Source of the DNA: a virus
IMG/VR virus record: IMGVR_UViG_3300045988_159075
Span: 1 to 10,967 of that record
DNA: 10,967 nt
Strand: one strand, 5' to 3'
Part shown: positions 1 to 6,834 of the stretch, one piece after another
Layout: each line of letters starts with the position of its first letter
Position numbering within the stretch: the first letter of the stretch is position 1
Translations under genes and position numbers: made by a program
The notes under the pieces: generated by a model
The model's database searches: none
What the model saw: the letters and a program-made list of their open reading frames with translations, nothing else
What the model was told of the DNA's origin: nothing

Positions 1-66
1 TATTTCTTAATACCTCATACGGGTAGTTATATTTCTTAATACCTCATACGGGTAGGTAGGGTAGGT
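1..66. repeat. Tandem direct repeats of a 29-bp unit (ATTTCTTAATACCTCATACGGGTAGTTAT), 2 copies, decaying into GGTAG micro-repeats.
   Basis: Copy 1 at 2-30 and copy 2 at 31-59 (period 29). The second copy ends ...CGGGTAGGTAGGGTAGGTAC, i.e. GGTAG x3-4. The same unit makes up the last 80 nt of the window. Confidence 0.9.
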
Positions 67-93
67 ACTATAGGCAAGATTTCCCCACGATAT

Positions 94-107
94 GTTTCAC
101 GTGAAAC
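94..107. repeat. Perfect 14-bp palindrome GTTTCACGTGAAAC at the centre of a larger imperfect palindrome (29-160).
   Basis: GTTTCACGTGAAAC equals its own reverse complement. It sits between the direct repeat units (left) and an inverted repeat unit (right). Confidence 0.9.
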
Positions 108-124
108 AACGCAACTATACACGA

Positions 125-160
125 CTATAGTAACTACCCGTATGAGGTATTAAGAAATAT
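125..160. repeat. Inverted copy of the 29-bp repeat unit plus the CTATAG box.
   Basis: 132-160 AACTACCCGTATGAGGTATTAAGAAATAT is the exact reverse complement of the 29-mer. 125-131 CTATAGT pairs with TACTATAG at 66-73. Confidence 0.9.
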
Positions 161-213
161 TTAAAATATTTTTTTAAAAAATACTTGACGTGTTTTATAT
201 AATAATATATAAT
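161..213 (+). promoter_or_regulatory. Near-consensus sigma-A/sigma-70 early promoter with an upstream A/T-rich UP-like element.
   Basis: -35 TTGACG at 185-190, a 17-nt spacer, then -10 TATAAT at 208-213. 161-184 (TTAAAATATTTTTTTAAAAAATAC) is an A/T tract in UP-element position. The first gene starts 48 nt downstream. Confidence 0.65.
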
Positions 214-260
214 TATAAATGTAGTGAGTTAGTACACTTAATTACTAACAAGGTGTTTAT

Positions 261-518
261 ATGAAAAGAAAAATTATTGAACAGATTAAAAAGATTGAAA
301 AAATGTATAAATGTAAAGTTATTACTATTATTGGTAATGTTTATATTGTATCTAAATCTGAAAGAACATTTGATAGTGATGATATTACTACCAATATTTA
401 TATTGGTGTAGTTATTGTTAAAGATAATGATTACCAATATAAATGTTTATATGCTTATACTTATTTAACTGATTTAAATGATTATAAAGTAAGAAAAGAA
501 ATAACTAAATTGCGTTAA
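261..518 (+). CDS. Hypothetical small early protein (85 aa), beta-rich and basic, in the position of a phi29 p6-like DNA-binding protein.
   Basis: ATG start with AAGGTG Shine-Dalgarno (250-255), TAA stop. First gene behind the early promoter. No recognisable motifs, so the function is assigned by position only. Confidence 0.6.
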   Translation: MKRKIIEQIKKIEKMYKCKVITIIGNVYIVSKSERTFDSDDITTNIYIGVVIVKDNDYQYKCLYAYTYLTDLNDYKVRKEITKLR

Positions 519-585
519 TTTGATTATCACTATATAATGGATTCAAGCGAACCGAACACGCTTAATTGTCGGTAAGGAGTATTAT

Positions 586-957
586 ATGCTTAACTTAGGA
601 AAGTTAAACGGTGGTTTTGATTCACCTTTTGAAAAGGTGGACGGTGAAAAGTTCAAATTTATTGACAGAAAAAAATTTAATGAATTTGGAAAAAAGTTTC
701 TTTTACTTGGAGTTTATCGAAGTGAGGGTAAACTAGGTGTACAGACGGTTTTTATTTGTTCAGAAATTAATGATTCAAGCAAGGGTTTCAGATTCTCTAC
801 AAATGACGTAAGTAAATTTAATGCGATTATGGCTGACAATGACATTATTACAGCCATTAAACAAAAAAAACTAACTATAACATTTGAAAAATATCATTCT
901 GATAAATGGAAAAAAGATTGCATAGGAACAACTTTTGAAGAAATAGAAATATTCTAA
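586..957 (+). CDS. Hypothetical early protein (123 aa), in the position and of the size of a phi29 p5-like ssDNA-binding protein.
   Basis: Perfect Shine-Dalgarno TAAGGAG at 573-579 with 6-nt spacing to ATG 586. TAA stop, followed by an intrinsic terminator. The functional guess rests on synteny (p6-p5-TP-DNAP) and size only. Confidence 0.65.
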   Translation: MLNLGKLNGGFDSPFEKVDGEKFKFIDRKKFNEFGKKFLLLGVYRSEGKLGVQTVFICSEINDSSKGFRFSTNDVSKFNAIMADNDIITAIKQKKLTITFEKYHSDKWKKDCIGTTFEEIEIF

Positions 958-976
958 GTTGTATATTAACTAAAAT

Positions 977-1003
977 AAAACCGTCTATTGATAGACGGTT
1001 TTT
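977..1003 (+). terminator. Rho-independent terminator between the second early gene and the putative terminal-protein gene.
   Basis: AAAACCGTCTA-TTGA-TAGACGGTTTTT: stem 981-987 pairs with 992-998, extended by AAAA/TTTT, followed by a T5 run at 999-1003. Confidence 0.75.
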
Positions 1004-1019
1004 AATATAGGATATAAAA

Positions 1020-1613
1020 ATGATAACAGGTTTTATGTTTTCACCTATTATAAAAGGTATATTAACTGAAAATATTTTTAGGGATACAGATATTAAAATA
1101 ATAAAGAAAATAATTAATAAATCTTTACAAGTTGCAAATAGACGGTTACAAAATATAGAAAAAAGTGGTGTGGTTAGTACTGCATATAAATCGTTAATAA
1201 GTGAACTACCAAAAACATCTAATAAATTTTCAAAATTAAGTATTGGCAAACTTGATTTATCAGATACAACCCAAAGAGTTAAAGCACTTGACACTTATTC
1301 TAAGGCATTATCATTTTTGAATAATAAAACATCTACTGTAAAAGGAAGTAAACAATTTATCAATAAATTAGCAAAGAAAAATAATTTTTCTTTTTCAGAT
1401 ACTAGTAAAATGATTGATGAGATTACTGACGAACGTGTTATTAACGGTAATTTGGTTATTAACAATTGGGATTCTGAACGTATAGCTAATATGATTAGCG
1501 AATATAGCGATAAAGATAATAAATATAATACTGATATTGATAAATATATACGTCAAAAAATAGATGAAAATTTAAGTAAACAAAATGACAACTTTGATAT
1601 TTGGGATTTGTAA
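1020..1613 (+). CDS. Putative terminal protein (197 aa). An alternative start is ATG 1035.
   Basis: The ORF lies immediately upstream of the protein-primed DNA polymerase gene (stop 1611-1613, polymerase ATG 1616), the conserved TP-DNAP arrangement of phi29-like phages. The protein is charged with a Ser/Thr/Tyr-rich C-terminal half. No direct sequence similarity was verified. Confidence 0.45.
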   Translation: MITGFMFSPIIKGILTENIFRDTDIKIIKKIINKSLQVANRRLQNIEKSGVVSTAYKSLISELPKTSNKFSKLSIGKLDLSDTTQRVKALDTYSKALSFLNNKTSTVKGSKQFINKLAKKNNFSFSDTSKMIDEITDERVINGNLVINNWDSERIANMISEYSDKDNKYNTDIDKYIRQKIDENLSKQNDNFDIWDL

Positions 1614-1615
1614 AA

Positions 1616-3685
1616 ATGACTTTTTATAATAAATCTAATTTTTTAGATAGTTTAAAGAAATTTATGGGTAGTATTCCTAAATGCAATTATTGTCAAGATA
1701 AAAAAATATGGTATTGTAATATACCGTGTTCTTTTGATATTGAAACATCGTCATTTTTTAACGAAAAAGGCGAAAAGCAAGCAATTATGTATATATGGCA
1801 ATTTGCTATTTTTGATAATGTTATTATAGGTAGAACATGGAATGATTTTTTTATTTTAATAGATTACTTAGTAAAATTTTACACTCTTAACGCTAATATT
1901 CGTTTAGTGTGTTATGTTCATAATTTATCATACGAATTTCAATTTTTAAGAAAACTTTTTGAATGGTGTGATATTTTCGCTACTGATGAACGAAAACCTT
2001 TATATGCTTGTACAAAAAACGGAATAGAATTTAAATGTTCTTACAGACTTAGCGGTTACTCGTTAGCGGTTTTAGCTAAAAATCTTACACGACATACAAT
2101 TAATAAAAAAGTAGGTGATTTGGATTACTCTTTAATACGTCATTCAGATACATTTATTAGTAATAATGAATTGGAATATTGTATTAACGATGTTCTAATA
2201 GTTACATCATATATTCAAGAGTGTATAGAAGATTATGGCGATATAACAAAAATTCCTTTAACTCAAACTGGAAAAGTTAGAAGATATGTTAGGGAATTAA
2301 CATTAAAAGATAATGATTATAAATATTTGATTTGTAAATTAGAACTAAAAACAATGGAATATTTACAGTTACGAAAAGCGTTTCAAGGCGGTTTTACTCA
2401 TGCTAATCCTATGTACGTATTACAAGAATGTAAAGATGTTACAAGTTTTGATTTTACATCATCATATCCTACTGTTATGACTTCTGAAAAGTTTCCTATG
2501 TCTAGAAGTAAATATATAGGAACTGTTAGCATTGATACATTAAAATATTATATGAAAAATTATTGTTGTTTATTTGATTTAAAATTAACTAATGTTGTAA
2601 GTAAATATAATTTTGAAAATGTAATAAGTTTTTCTAAATGTTTTAGAATTAAAAATTATATTCTTAATAATGGTCGTGTTTTTAGTGCAGAAGAATTATA
2701 TACAACTATAACTGAATTAGATTATGAAGTTATATGTAAATTTTATAATTTTGATAATATTGAGATTCATAATTTATACATATATGAAAAAAATTATTTA
2801 CCTAAATCGTTTATTATGGCGATACTTAAATTATATAACGATAAAACACAATTAAAGGGTGTAAAGGGAAAAGAAATAGAATATTTACATTCTAAAGAAA
2901 TGTTAAATAGTTGCTACGGCATGACAGTTACAGATTTACTTAATGATGAATACATTTATGAAAATGATGAATGGAGTACTAAAGAAAGTAATATAGATAA
3001 TGCTATAGAATATTATAATAAAGATAAAAACAGATTTTTATTTTATCCGTGGGGAGTATGGGTAACTGCTTACGCTAGAAGAAATTTATTTACAGGAATC
3101 TTTGAATGTAAAAATGATTATATTTATGCCGATACCGATAGCATTAAAATCTTTAACGCTGATAAACATAAAAACTACATTAATAATTATAATACAATGA
3201 TTAAAAATAAATTAAAGGCAATGTGTAATCATTATAAAATTGATTTTGATTTATGTAGACCAAAAACTAAATATGGCGTTGAAAAAATTTTAGGTATTTG
3301 GGATTTTGACGGTAAATATAAAATATTTAAGTCATTAGGCGCAAAACGATATATGATTTATACAGATGATAATATATTAAGTATTACCGTTAGCGGAGTT
3401 AATAAAAAATTTGCAGTTCCTTATCTGATGAAAAAATATAATAATGATATTGAAAAAATATTTAGTGTTTTTGATGATTCGTTAGTATTTCCTAAAGGTA
3501 CTAACGGAAAAAAAGTATTAACATATATTGATTCAGAACAAAAAGGAATAGTTAAAGATTATTTAGGAAATGTTAAAGAATATGATGAAAAATCATCTAT
3601 TTTTATGGAAGATACAGAATATAATCTAAATATTGCTTGTGAATATTTAGATTTTATATTAAAATTAAATAAAAGGTGTGTATAA
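1616..3685 (+). CDS. Protein-primed family B DNA polymerase (689 aa from ATG 1616; the ORF track extends to TTG 1601).
   Basis: Exo I SFDIETS (D-x-E), Exo III YCINDVLIV, YxGG as FQGGF, motif A FDFTSSYPTV (Dx2SxYP), motif B KEMLNSCYGMT (Kx3NSxYG), motif C YADTDSI (YxDTDS), and KxY as GAKRYMIY. These all match the phi29 polymerase motif order. The true start is probably ATG 1616, just after the upstream gene's stop. Confidence 0.93.
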   Translation: MTFYNKSNFLDSLKKFMGSIPKCNYCQDKKIWYCNIPCSFDIETSSFFNEKGEKQAIMYIWQFAIFDNVIIGRTWNDFFILIDYLVKFYTLNANIRLVCYVHNLSYEFQFLRKLFEWCDIFATDERKPLYACTKNGIEFKCSYRLSGYSLAVLAKNLTRHTINKKVGDLDYSLIRHSDTFISNNELEYCINDVLIVTSYIQECIEDYGDITKIPLTQTGKVRRYVRELTLKDNDYKYLICKLELKTMEYLQLRKAFQGGFTHANPMYVLQECKDVTSFDFTSSYPTVMTSEKFPMSRSKYIGTVSIDTLKYYMKNYCCLFDLKLTNVVSKYNFENVISFSKCFRIKNYILNNGRVFSAEELYTTITELDYEVICKFYNFDNIEIHNLYIYEKNYLPKSFIMAILKLYNDKTQLKGVKGKEIEYLHSKEMLNSCYGMTVTDLLNDEYIYENDEWSTKESNIDNAIEYYNKDKNRFLFYPWGVWVTAYARRNLFTGIFECKNDYIYADTDSIKIFNADKHKNYINNYNTMIKNKLKAMCNHYKIDFDLCRPKTKYGVEKILGIWDFDGKYKIFKSLGAKRYMIYTDDNILSITVSGVNKKFAVPYLMKKYNNDIEKIFSVFDDSLVFPKGTNGKKVLTYIDSEQKGIVKDYLGNVKEYDEKSSIFMEDTEYNLNIACEYLDFILKLNKRCV

Positions 3686-3689
3686 TTAT

Positions 3690-3881
3690 ATGAATAAGAA
3701 TAAAACTAGGGTATGTATTTTTATCGACAAAAAACTAAATGAACGGTTCAAGGAAAAATATCCATTGATGTTTTCAAGATATGTTGAAAAATGTATAAAA
3801 GACGCATTATGTGATAAAAGTAAAGTGTTGGATTCTGTAGAAAAAAAAGAACGGTTAAATATTTTTAATATAGGTTTATAA
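3690..3881 (+). CDS. Small ribbon-helix-helix-like DNA-binding protein (63 aa), a putative transcriptional regulator.
   Basis: N-terminal beta-strand (TRVCIFIDKK) followed by two helices (LNERFKEKYP / SRYVEKCIKDAL), typical of the CopG/Arc/MetJ fold. ATG 3690 lies behind AAAGGTG; the track's GTG 3678 start is less likely. TAA stop abuts the next ATG. Confidence 0.5.
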   Translation: MNKNKTRVCIFIDKKLNERFKEKYPLMFSRYVEKCIKDALCDKSKVLDSVEKKERLNIFNIGL

Positions 3882-4082
3882 ATGATTAAAAAGTTTGAAG
3901 TTTGTAGAATTAAGTCGTTTATATATCTTATTGAAGTTTATAATACAAATACTAGAAAAATAAAATATATTACCTCTATAGGTAAAAAAATTAAAGTTGA
4001 TTATGAACTTAATCCAGAAAGTAATAATATTATTAAATGTTATGATAATCTAAAGGAAGCGTTATCTGATTATGAAAAATAA
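3882..4082 (+). CDS. Hypothetical protein (66 aa), translationally coupled on both sides.
   Basis: Its ATG sits immediately after the upstream TAA (TAAATG). Its 3' end overlaps the ATPase start by 11 nt. No recognisable motifs. Confidence 0.45.
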   Translation: MIKKFEVCRIKSFIYLIEVYNTNTRKIKYITSIGKKIKVDYELNPESNNIIKCYDNLKEALSDYEK

Positions 4083-5169
4083 ATATTATAGTCTTTCAAA
4101 TATATTAAAAGAAAATTGTGATTATAATTTAATCATCGGTGAGAGGTCTAACGGTAAAACATACGCTTGTTTAATCCACGCTATAGAGGATTATATTAAA
4201 AATGGTAATGCAAGCGCATATATCAGACGTTGGAAAGAAGATATACAAGGAAAACGTGCTGAAACTATATTTAGTAGTGTAAATGAAAACAATGTTATAT
4301 CACAAATTACTAACGGTGAATACGATAATGTTATTTATTATAGGGGAAAATTTTTTCTTGCGCTATATGACAATGAAACCCATAAAATGCAATCAAGTAA
4401 AAAGCCCTTTTGTTATGCGTTTTCATTATCTGATGTAGAACATGATAAAAGCACATCATATCCGACAATAAAAAATATAATTTTTGATGAATTTATAACA
4501 CGTCAATATTATTTACCTAATGAATTTGTTATTTTTATGAATGTTTTAAGTACTATTATTAGAGATAAAAAAGATGTTAAAATTTTTATGTTGGGTAATA
4601 CTGTTAATAAATTTTGCCCTTATTTTGATGAAATGGGATTGATAAATATTCAAACGCAAAAACAGGGAACTATTGATGTTTATAGATATGGTGAAAATAC
4701 ATTAACTCTAGCAGTTGAATATTGCGGAACAGTAAACAAGAAAAAAGATAGTAACAAATATTTCGCTTTTAACAATCCTAGATTGAATATGATAACTAAC
4801 GGTGCTTGGGAATTAGCAATTTATCCCCATTTATCCCAAGGTCAAAAGATAAATAATAAAGATATTATTTTTCATTTTAATATATCTTTTGCCAATAAAA
4901 ATATTCAAGGTGATATTGTCGAAAATAATGACGGTTATTTTTTATTTTTTCATTATAGAACTAGTGAAATTAAAGATAATGAACTTTTATACACTCTTAA
5001 TTATACAACAAAACCGAATGTACGAAAATCATTTCTTTATAAAACAGATAAAATAGACATTAATATTTGCCGACTATTTCAGATAAGAAAAGTTTTTTAT
5101 CAATCAAATGATATCGGCGAAATTATTAAAAATTACTTGGGTGAATGTGTAAAAAATAATATAATGTGA
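4072..5169 (+). CDS. DNA encapsidation ATPase (phi29 gp16-like), 365 aa.
   Basis: Walker A IIGERSNGKTYA. Blocks YIRRWKEDI, IIFDEFITRQYYLPNEF and KIFMLGNTVNKFCPYF parallel the remembered phi29 gp16 segments VIGARGIGKSYA / YVRRYKPEL / IVFDEFIRE...IPNE / CICLSNAVSVVNPYF. AAAGGAAG Shine-Dalgarno. TGA stop. Confidence 0.85.
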   Translation: MKNKYYSLSNILKENCDYNLIIGERSNGKTYACLIHAIEDYIKNGNASAYIRRWKEDIQGKRAETIFSSVNENNVISQITNGEYDNVIYYRGKFFLALYDNETHKMQSSKKPFCYAFSLSDVEHDKSTSYPTIKNIIFDEFITRQYYLPNEFVIFMNVLSTIIRDKKDVKIFMLGNTVNKFCPYFDEMGLINIQTQKQGTIDVYRYGENTLTLAVEYCGTVNKKKDSNKYFAFNNPRLNMITNGAWELAIYPHLSQGQKINNKDIIFHFNISFANKNIQGDIVENNDGYFLFFHYRTSEIKDNELLYTLNYTTKPNVRKSFLYKTDKIDINICRLFQIRKVFYQSNDIGEIIKNYLGECVKNNIM

Positions 5170-5192
5170 TATAATTATGAATGGAGTAAAAT

Positions 5193-6257
5193 ATGAAAAA
5201 ACAAATTAATTATGATAACGCAAAAAAATACTTATTTGAAAAAGATATTTTCATTAATAATTATATTGCGTATATGTTTGACAGAACCCAAAAAATGTTT
5301 AAATATGAAAATTTACCCGAATCAATACCGCAAAGAATACTTGAATATATGTTACAGAAAAATGGCAATGTCTTTATTACCAAGGTTAACGGTAAATTAT
5401 ATGCTTTTAATGGTGGTTTGGGTGGTGTACCTAACGAATATTACGAACCGACAATTTACACGGTAACAAATCCATATCTTGAAATATCTGAAAATTATAA
5501 AATTGATATTGACGGCATATTGTTTAGAAATGATTCTATGATGATAGGATTATTGCCGATATTTACAAAATCCGCCTTTATGAATTGCGATTGTGAAATT
5601 ACATTGAATATGTTATCAATTCTTTTTAGAGTTCAATATATGCTGACTGCTAGCGATGATAAAAGTAAAACAAGTGCCGAAATGTTTATGCAGAAGTTAA
5701 AGAATGGTGATATGTCTGTTGTTGCAGATTCACAATTTTTTGAAGGTGTAAAACTTCAATCTTATAACGGAAGTGAGCATATTATTGAGCAGATGATAGG
5801 ATTATCTCAATACATCAAGGCTAGCGCATTGAACGATATAGGATTAAACGCTAATTTTATTATGAAAAAAGAGCGGTTAATCACAAGTGAAATAAATGTT
5901 AATGAAAGTGCATTACTACCGTTTATTGAAAATATGCTTGAAGAGCGAAAAAAAGCGATTGAAAAAATAAATGCCATGTTTGGAACAGATATAAAAGTTG
6001 AATTATCGTGTGTATGGAATGAGCAAGTAAAAACACATGAGGAAAATATTATTGAAGAAAATAATAAAATTGAAGATTCAGAAAAGACTGATGAAGATTC
6101 AGAAAAGACTGATGAAGATTCAGAAAAGACTGATGAAGATTCAGAAAAGACTGATGAAGATTCAGAAAAGACTGATGAAGATTCAGAAAAGACTGATGAA
6201 GATTCAGAAAAGACTGATGAAGATTCTAAACGAAAAGGCGGTAAAAATGACATATAA
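5193..6257 (+). CDS. Portal/head-tail connector protein (phi29 gp10-like) with a C-terminal 7x DSEKTDE acidic tandem repeat.
   Basis: YENLPESIPQRILEYMLQKNGNVF...NGGLGG and NANFIMKKERLITSEINVNESAL parallel remembered phi29 gp10 WENLPPTINPSFLEKS...CNGAL and [21 protein letters not shown]. GGAG Shine-Dalgarno 6 nt before the ATG. The acidic C-terminus resembles that of phi29 gp10. Confidence 0.8.
   Translation: MKKQINYDNAKKYLFEKDIFINNYIAYMFDRTQKMFKYENLPESIPQRILEYMLQKNGNVFITKVNGKLYAFNGGLGGVPNEYYEPTIYTVTNPYLEISENYKIDIDGILFRNDSMMIGLLPIFTKSAFMNCDCEITLNMLSILFRVQYMLTASDDKSKTSAEMFMQKLKNGDMSVVADSQFFEGVKLQSYNGSEHIIEQMIGLSQYIKASALNDIGLNANFIMKKERLITSEINVNESALLPFIENMLEERKKAIEKINAMFGTDIKVELSCVWNEQVKTHEENIIEENNKIEDSEKTDEDSEKTDEDSEKTDEDSEKTDEDSEKTDEDSEKTDEDSEKTDEDSKRKGGKNDI
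6072..6226. repeat. Perfect 21-bp tandem repeat (GAAGATTCAGAAAAGACTGAT), about 7.4 copies, in frame within the portal gene's 3' end.
   Basis: Copies start at 6072, 6093, 6114, 6135, 6156, 6177 and 6198, with a partial copy at 6219-6226. No mismatches. The repeat encodes (E)DSEKTD heptads and leaves all three forward frames and the reverse strand open. Confidence 0.95.
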
Positions 6258-6834
6258 TAATTTATTTTCAAATACTGATGTTATATCAGCACTAAAAAAT
6301 GCTGATAATGTAAAATTTAATGAAATATTTGGTGAAAATTATGATTCAGTCATATTAGACGGCTATATTAAGTTTACTATGGGTGAATATGAATGCACTG
6401 ATAAAACAATTGAAAGTTTCAATAAACAAGGTATAGAAAATATTTGTAAATGGCTATGGCTAAAATATTATGACAGTTGGAAATCTTTGTTAAAAAGTTT
6501 AGCGGTTAGTTATGAAAATTCAGATAGTGAAAATGAAACTATTGAACATACTCAAAATATGCAGTCAACATCAGTATCAACTAGTACAGATACAAATAAA
6601 GTTTTTGCCTATGATAGCGAAACTGCTAGTGATAATACTTTGAATGATACAACTAATGATAATAACGGTACTAATAATTTAACCGAAAAAACAACAAGAA
6701 ATAAAACAGGATATAATTACGGTTCGTCATTATTTGATTTGATTAAAAAATACAATGATTTTCAAATTGAAAATACTTTCGTTGACATTATTTCAAAAGA
6801 TGTTATAATGTTTTTATGCCATACTATAATTTAG
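6247..6834 (+). CDS. Hypothetical morphogenesis-module protein (195 aa), possibly a collar, adaptor or scaffold protein.
   Basis: ATG 6247 preceded by AAAGGCGG. The portion of the track ORF upstream (6037-6246) is an out-of-frame read through the portal repeats. The C-terminal half is Ser/Thr/Asn/Asp-rich and low-complexity. TAG stop. It sits after the portal gene, where phi29 has the lower collar. Confidence 0.6.
   Translation: MTYNNLFSNTDVISALKNADNVKFNEIFGENYDSVILDGYIKFTMGEYECTDKTIESFNKQGIENICKWLWLKYYDSWKSLLKSLAVSYENSDSENETIEHTQNMQSTSVSTSTDTNKVFAYDSETASDNTLNDTTNDNNGTNNLTEKTTRNKTGYNYGSSLFDLIKKYNDFQIENTFVDIISKDVIMFLCHTII
6782..6809 (+). promoter_or_regulatory. Perfect-consensus sigma-A promoter with extended -10, the likely late (capsid/tail operon) promoter.
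   Basis: -35 TTGACA at 6782-6787, a 16-nt spacer, then TGtTATAAT at 6801-6809. It lies in the 3' end of the 195-aa ORF, 38 nt upstream of the small-peptide gene's start. Confidence 0.6.

Noticed and set aside
1-66. CRISPR-like interpretation of the 29-bp repeats.
   Set aside because: The repeats are directly contiguous with no spacers, only 3-5 copies, and the same unit occurs inverted nearby. This is an iteron or terminal-repeat structure, not a CRISPR array.
100-140. Resemblance to single-subunit (T7-like) RNA polymerase promoters (ACGACTATAG; TAATACCTCA...).
   Set aside because: Only about half the positions match the T7 consensus. No phage RNA polymerase gene is present, and phi29-like phages use the host RNA polymerase.
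213-437. 74-aa ORF on the minus strand.
   Set aside because: Antisense to ORF 261-518 in extremely AT-rich DNA. No ribosome-binding site, Ile/Asn/Phe-rich low-complexity product, and it overlaps the early promoter. Typical spurious AT-rich ORF.
519-585. TTGATT / TATAAT hexamers between genes 1 and 2 as an internal promoter.
   Set aside because: The spacer between them is only 7 nt, not a functional -35/-10 geometry. Gene 2 is more simply expressed by read-through from the early promoter.
875-1294. 139-aa ORF on the minus strand.
   Set aside because: Runs antisense across the terminator and the putative terminal-protein gene. Leu/Ile/Phe-rich product from the antisense strand of A-rich coding DNA. 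Every credible gene is on the + strand.
1601-1615. TTG-initiated 5 extension of the polymerase (and likewise TTG 8852 for the tail gene, GTG 3678 for the RHH gene).
   Set aside because: Each extension overlaps the upstream gene's stop. In-frame ATGs with better Shine-Dalgarno spacing follow within a few codons.
5167-5169. Possibility of Mycoplasma/Spiroplasma genetic code (TGA as Trp) given the very low GC.
   Set aside because: TGA terminates the ATPase gene exactly where the homologous protein should end. All inspected Trp codons are TGG, and the long ORFs contain no in-frame TGA. Code 11 fits. A wall-less code-11 host remains conceivable.
5212-5466. 84-aa ORF on the + strand inside the portal gene (alternate frame).
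   Set aside because: Fully nested in the well-supported portal CDS. No independent start signal.
6037-6246. N-terminal extension of ORF 6037-6834 encoding (MKIQKRL)n.
   Set aside because: Out-of-frame reading of the portal repeats. The real start is ATG 6247, which has an AAAGGCGG Shine-Dalgarno sequence.
5807-6271. 154-aa ORF on the minus strand encoding (SSVFSES)n.
   Set aside because: It is the antisense reading of the 21-bp tandem repeat. Repeats lacking stops open all frames.
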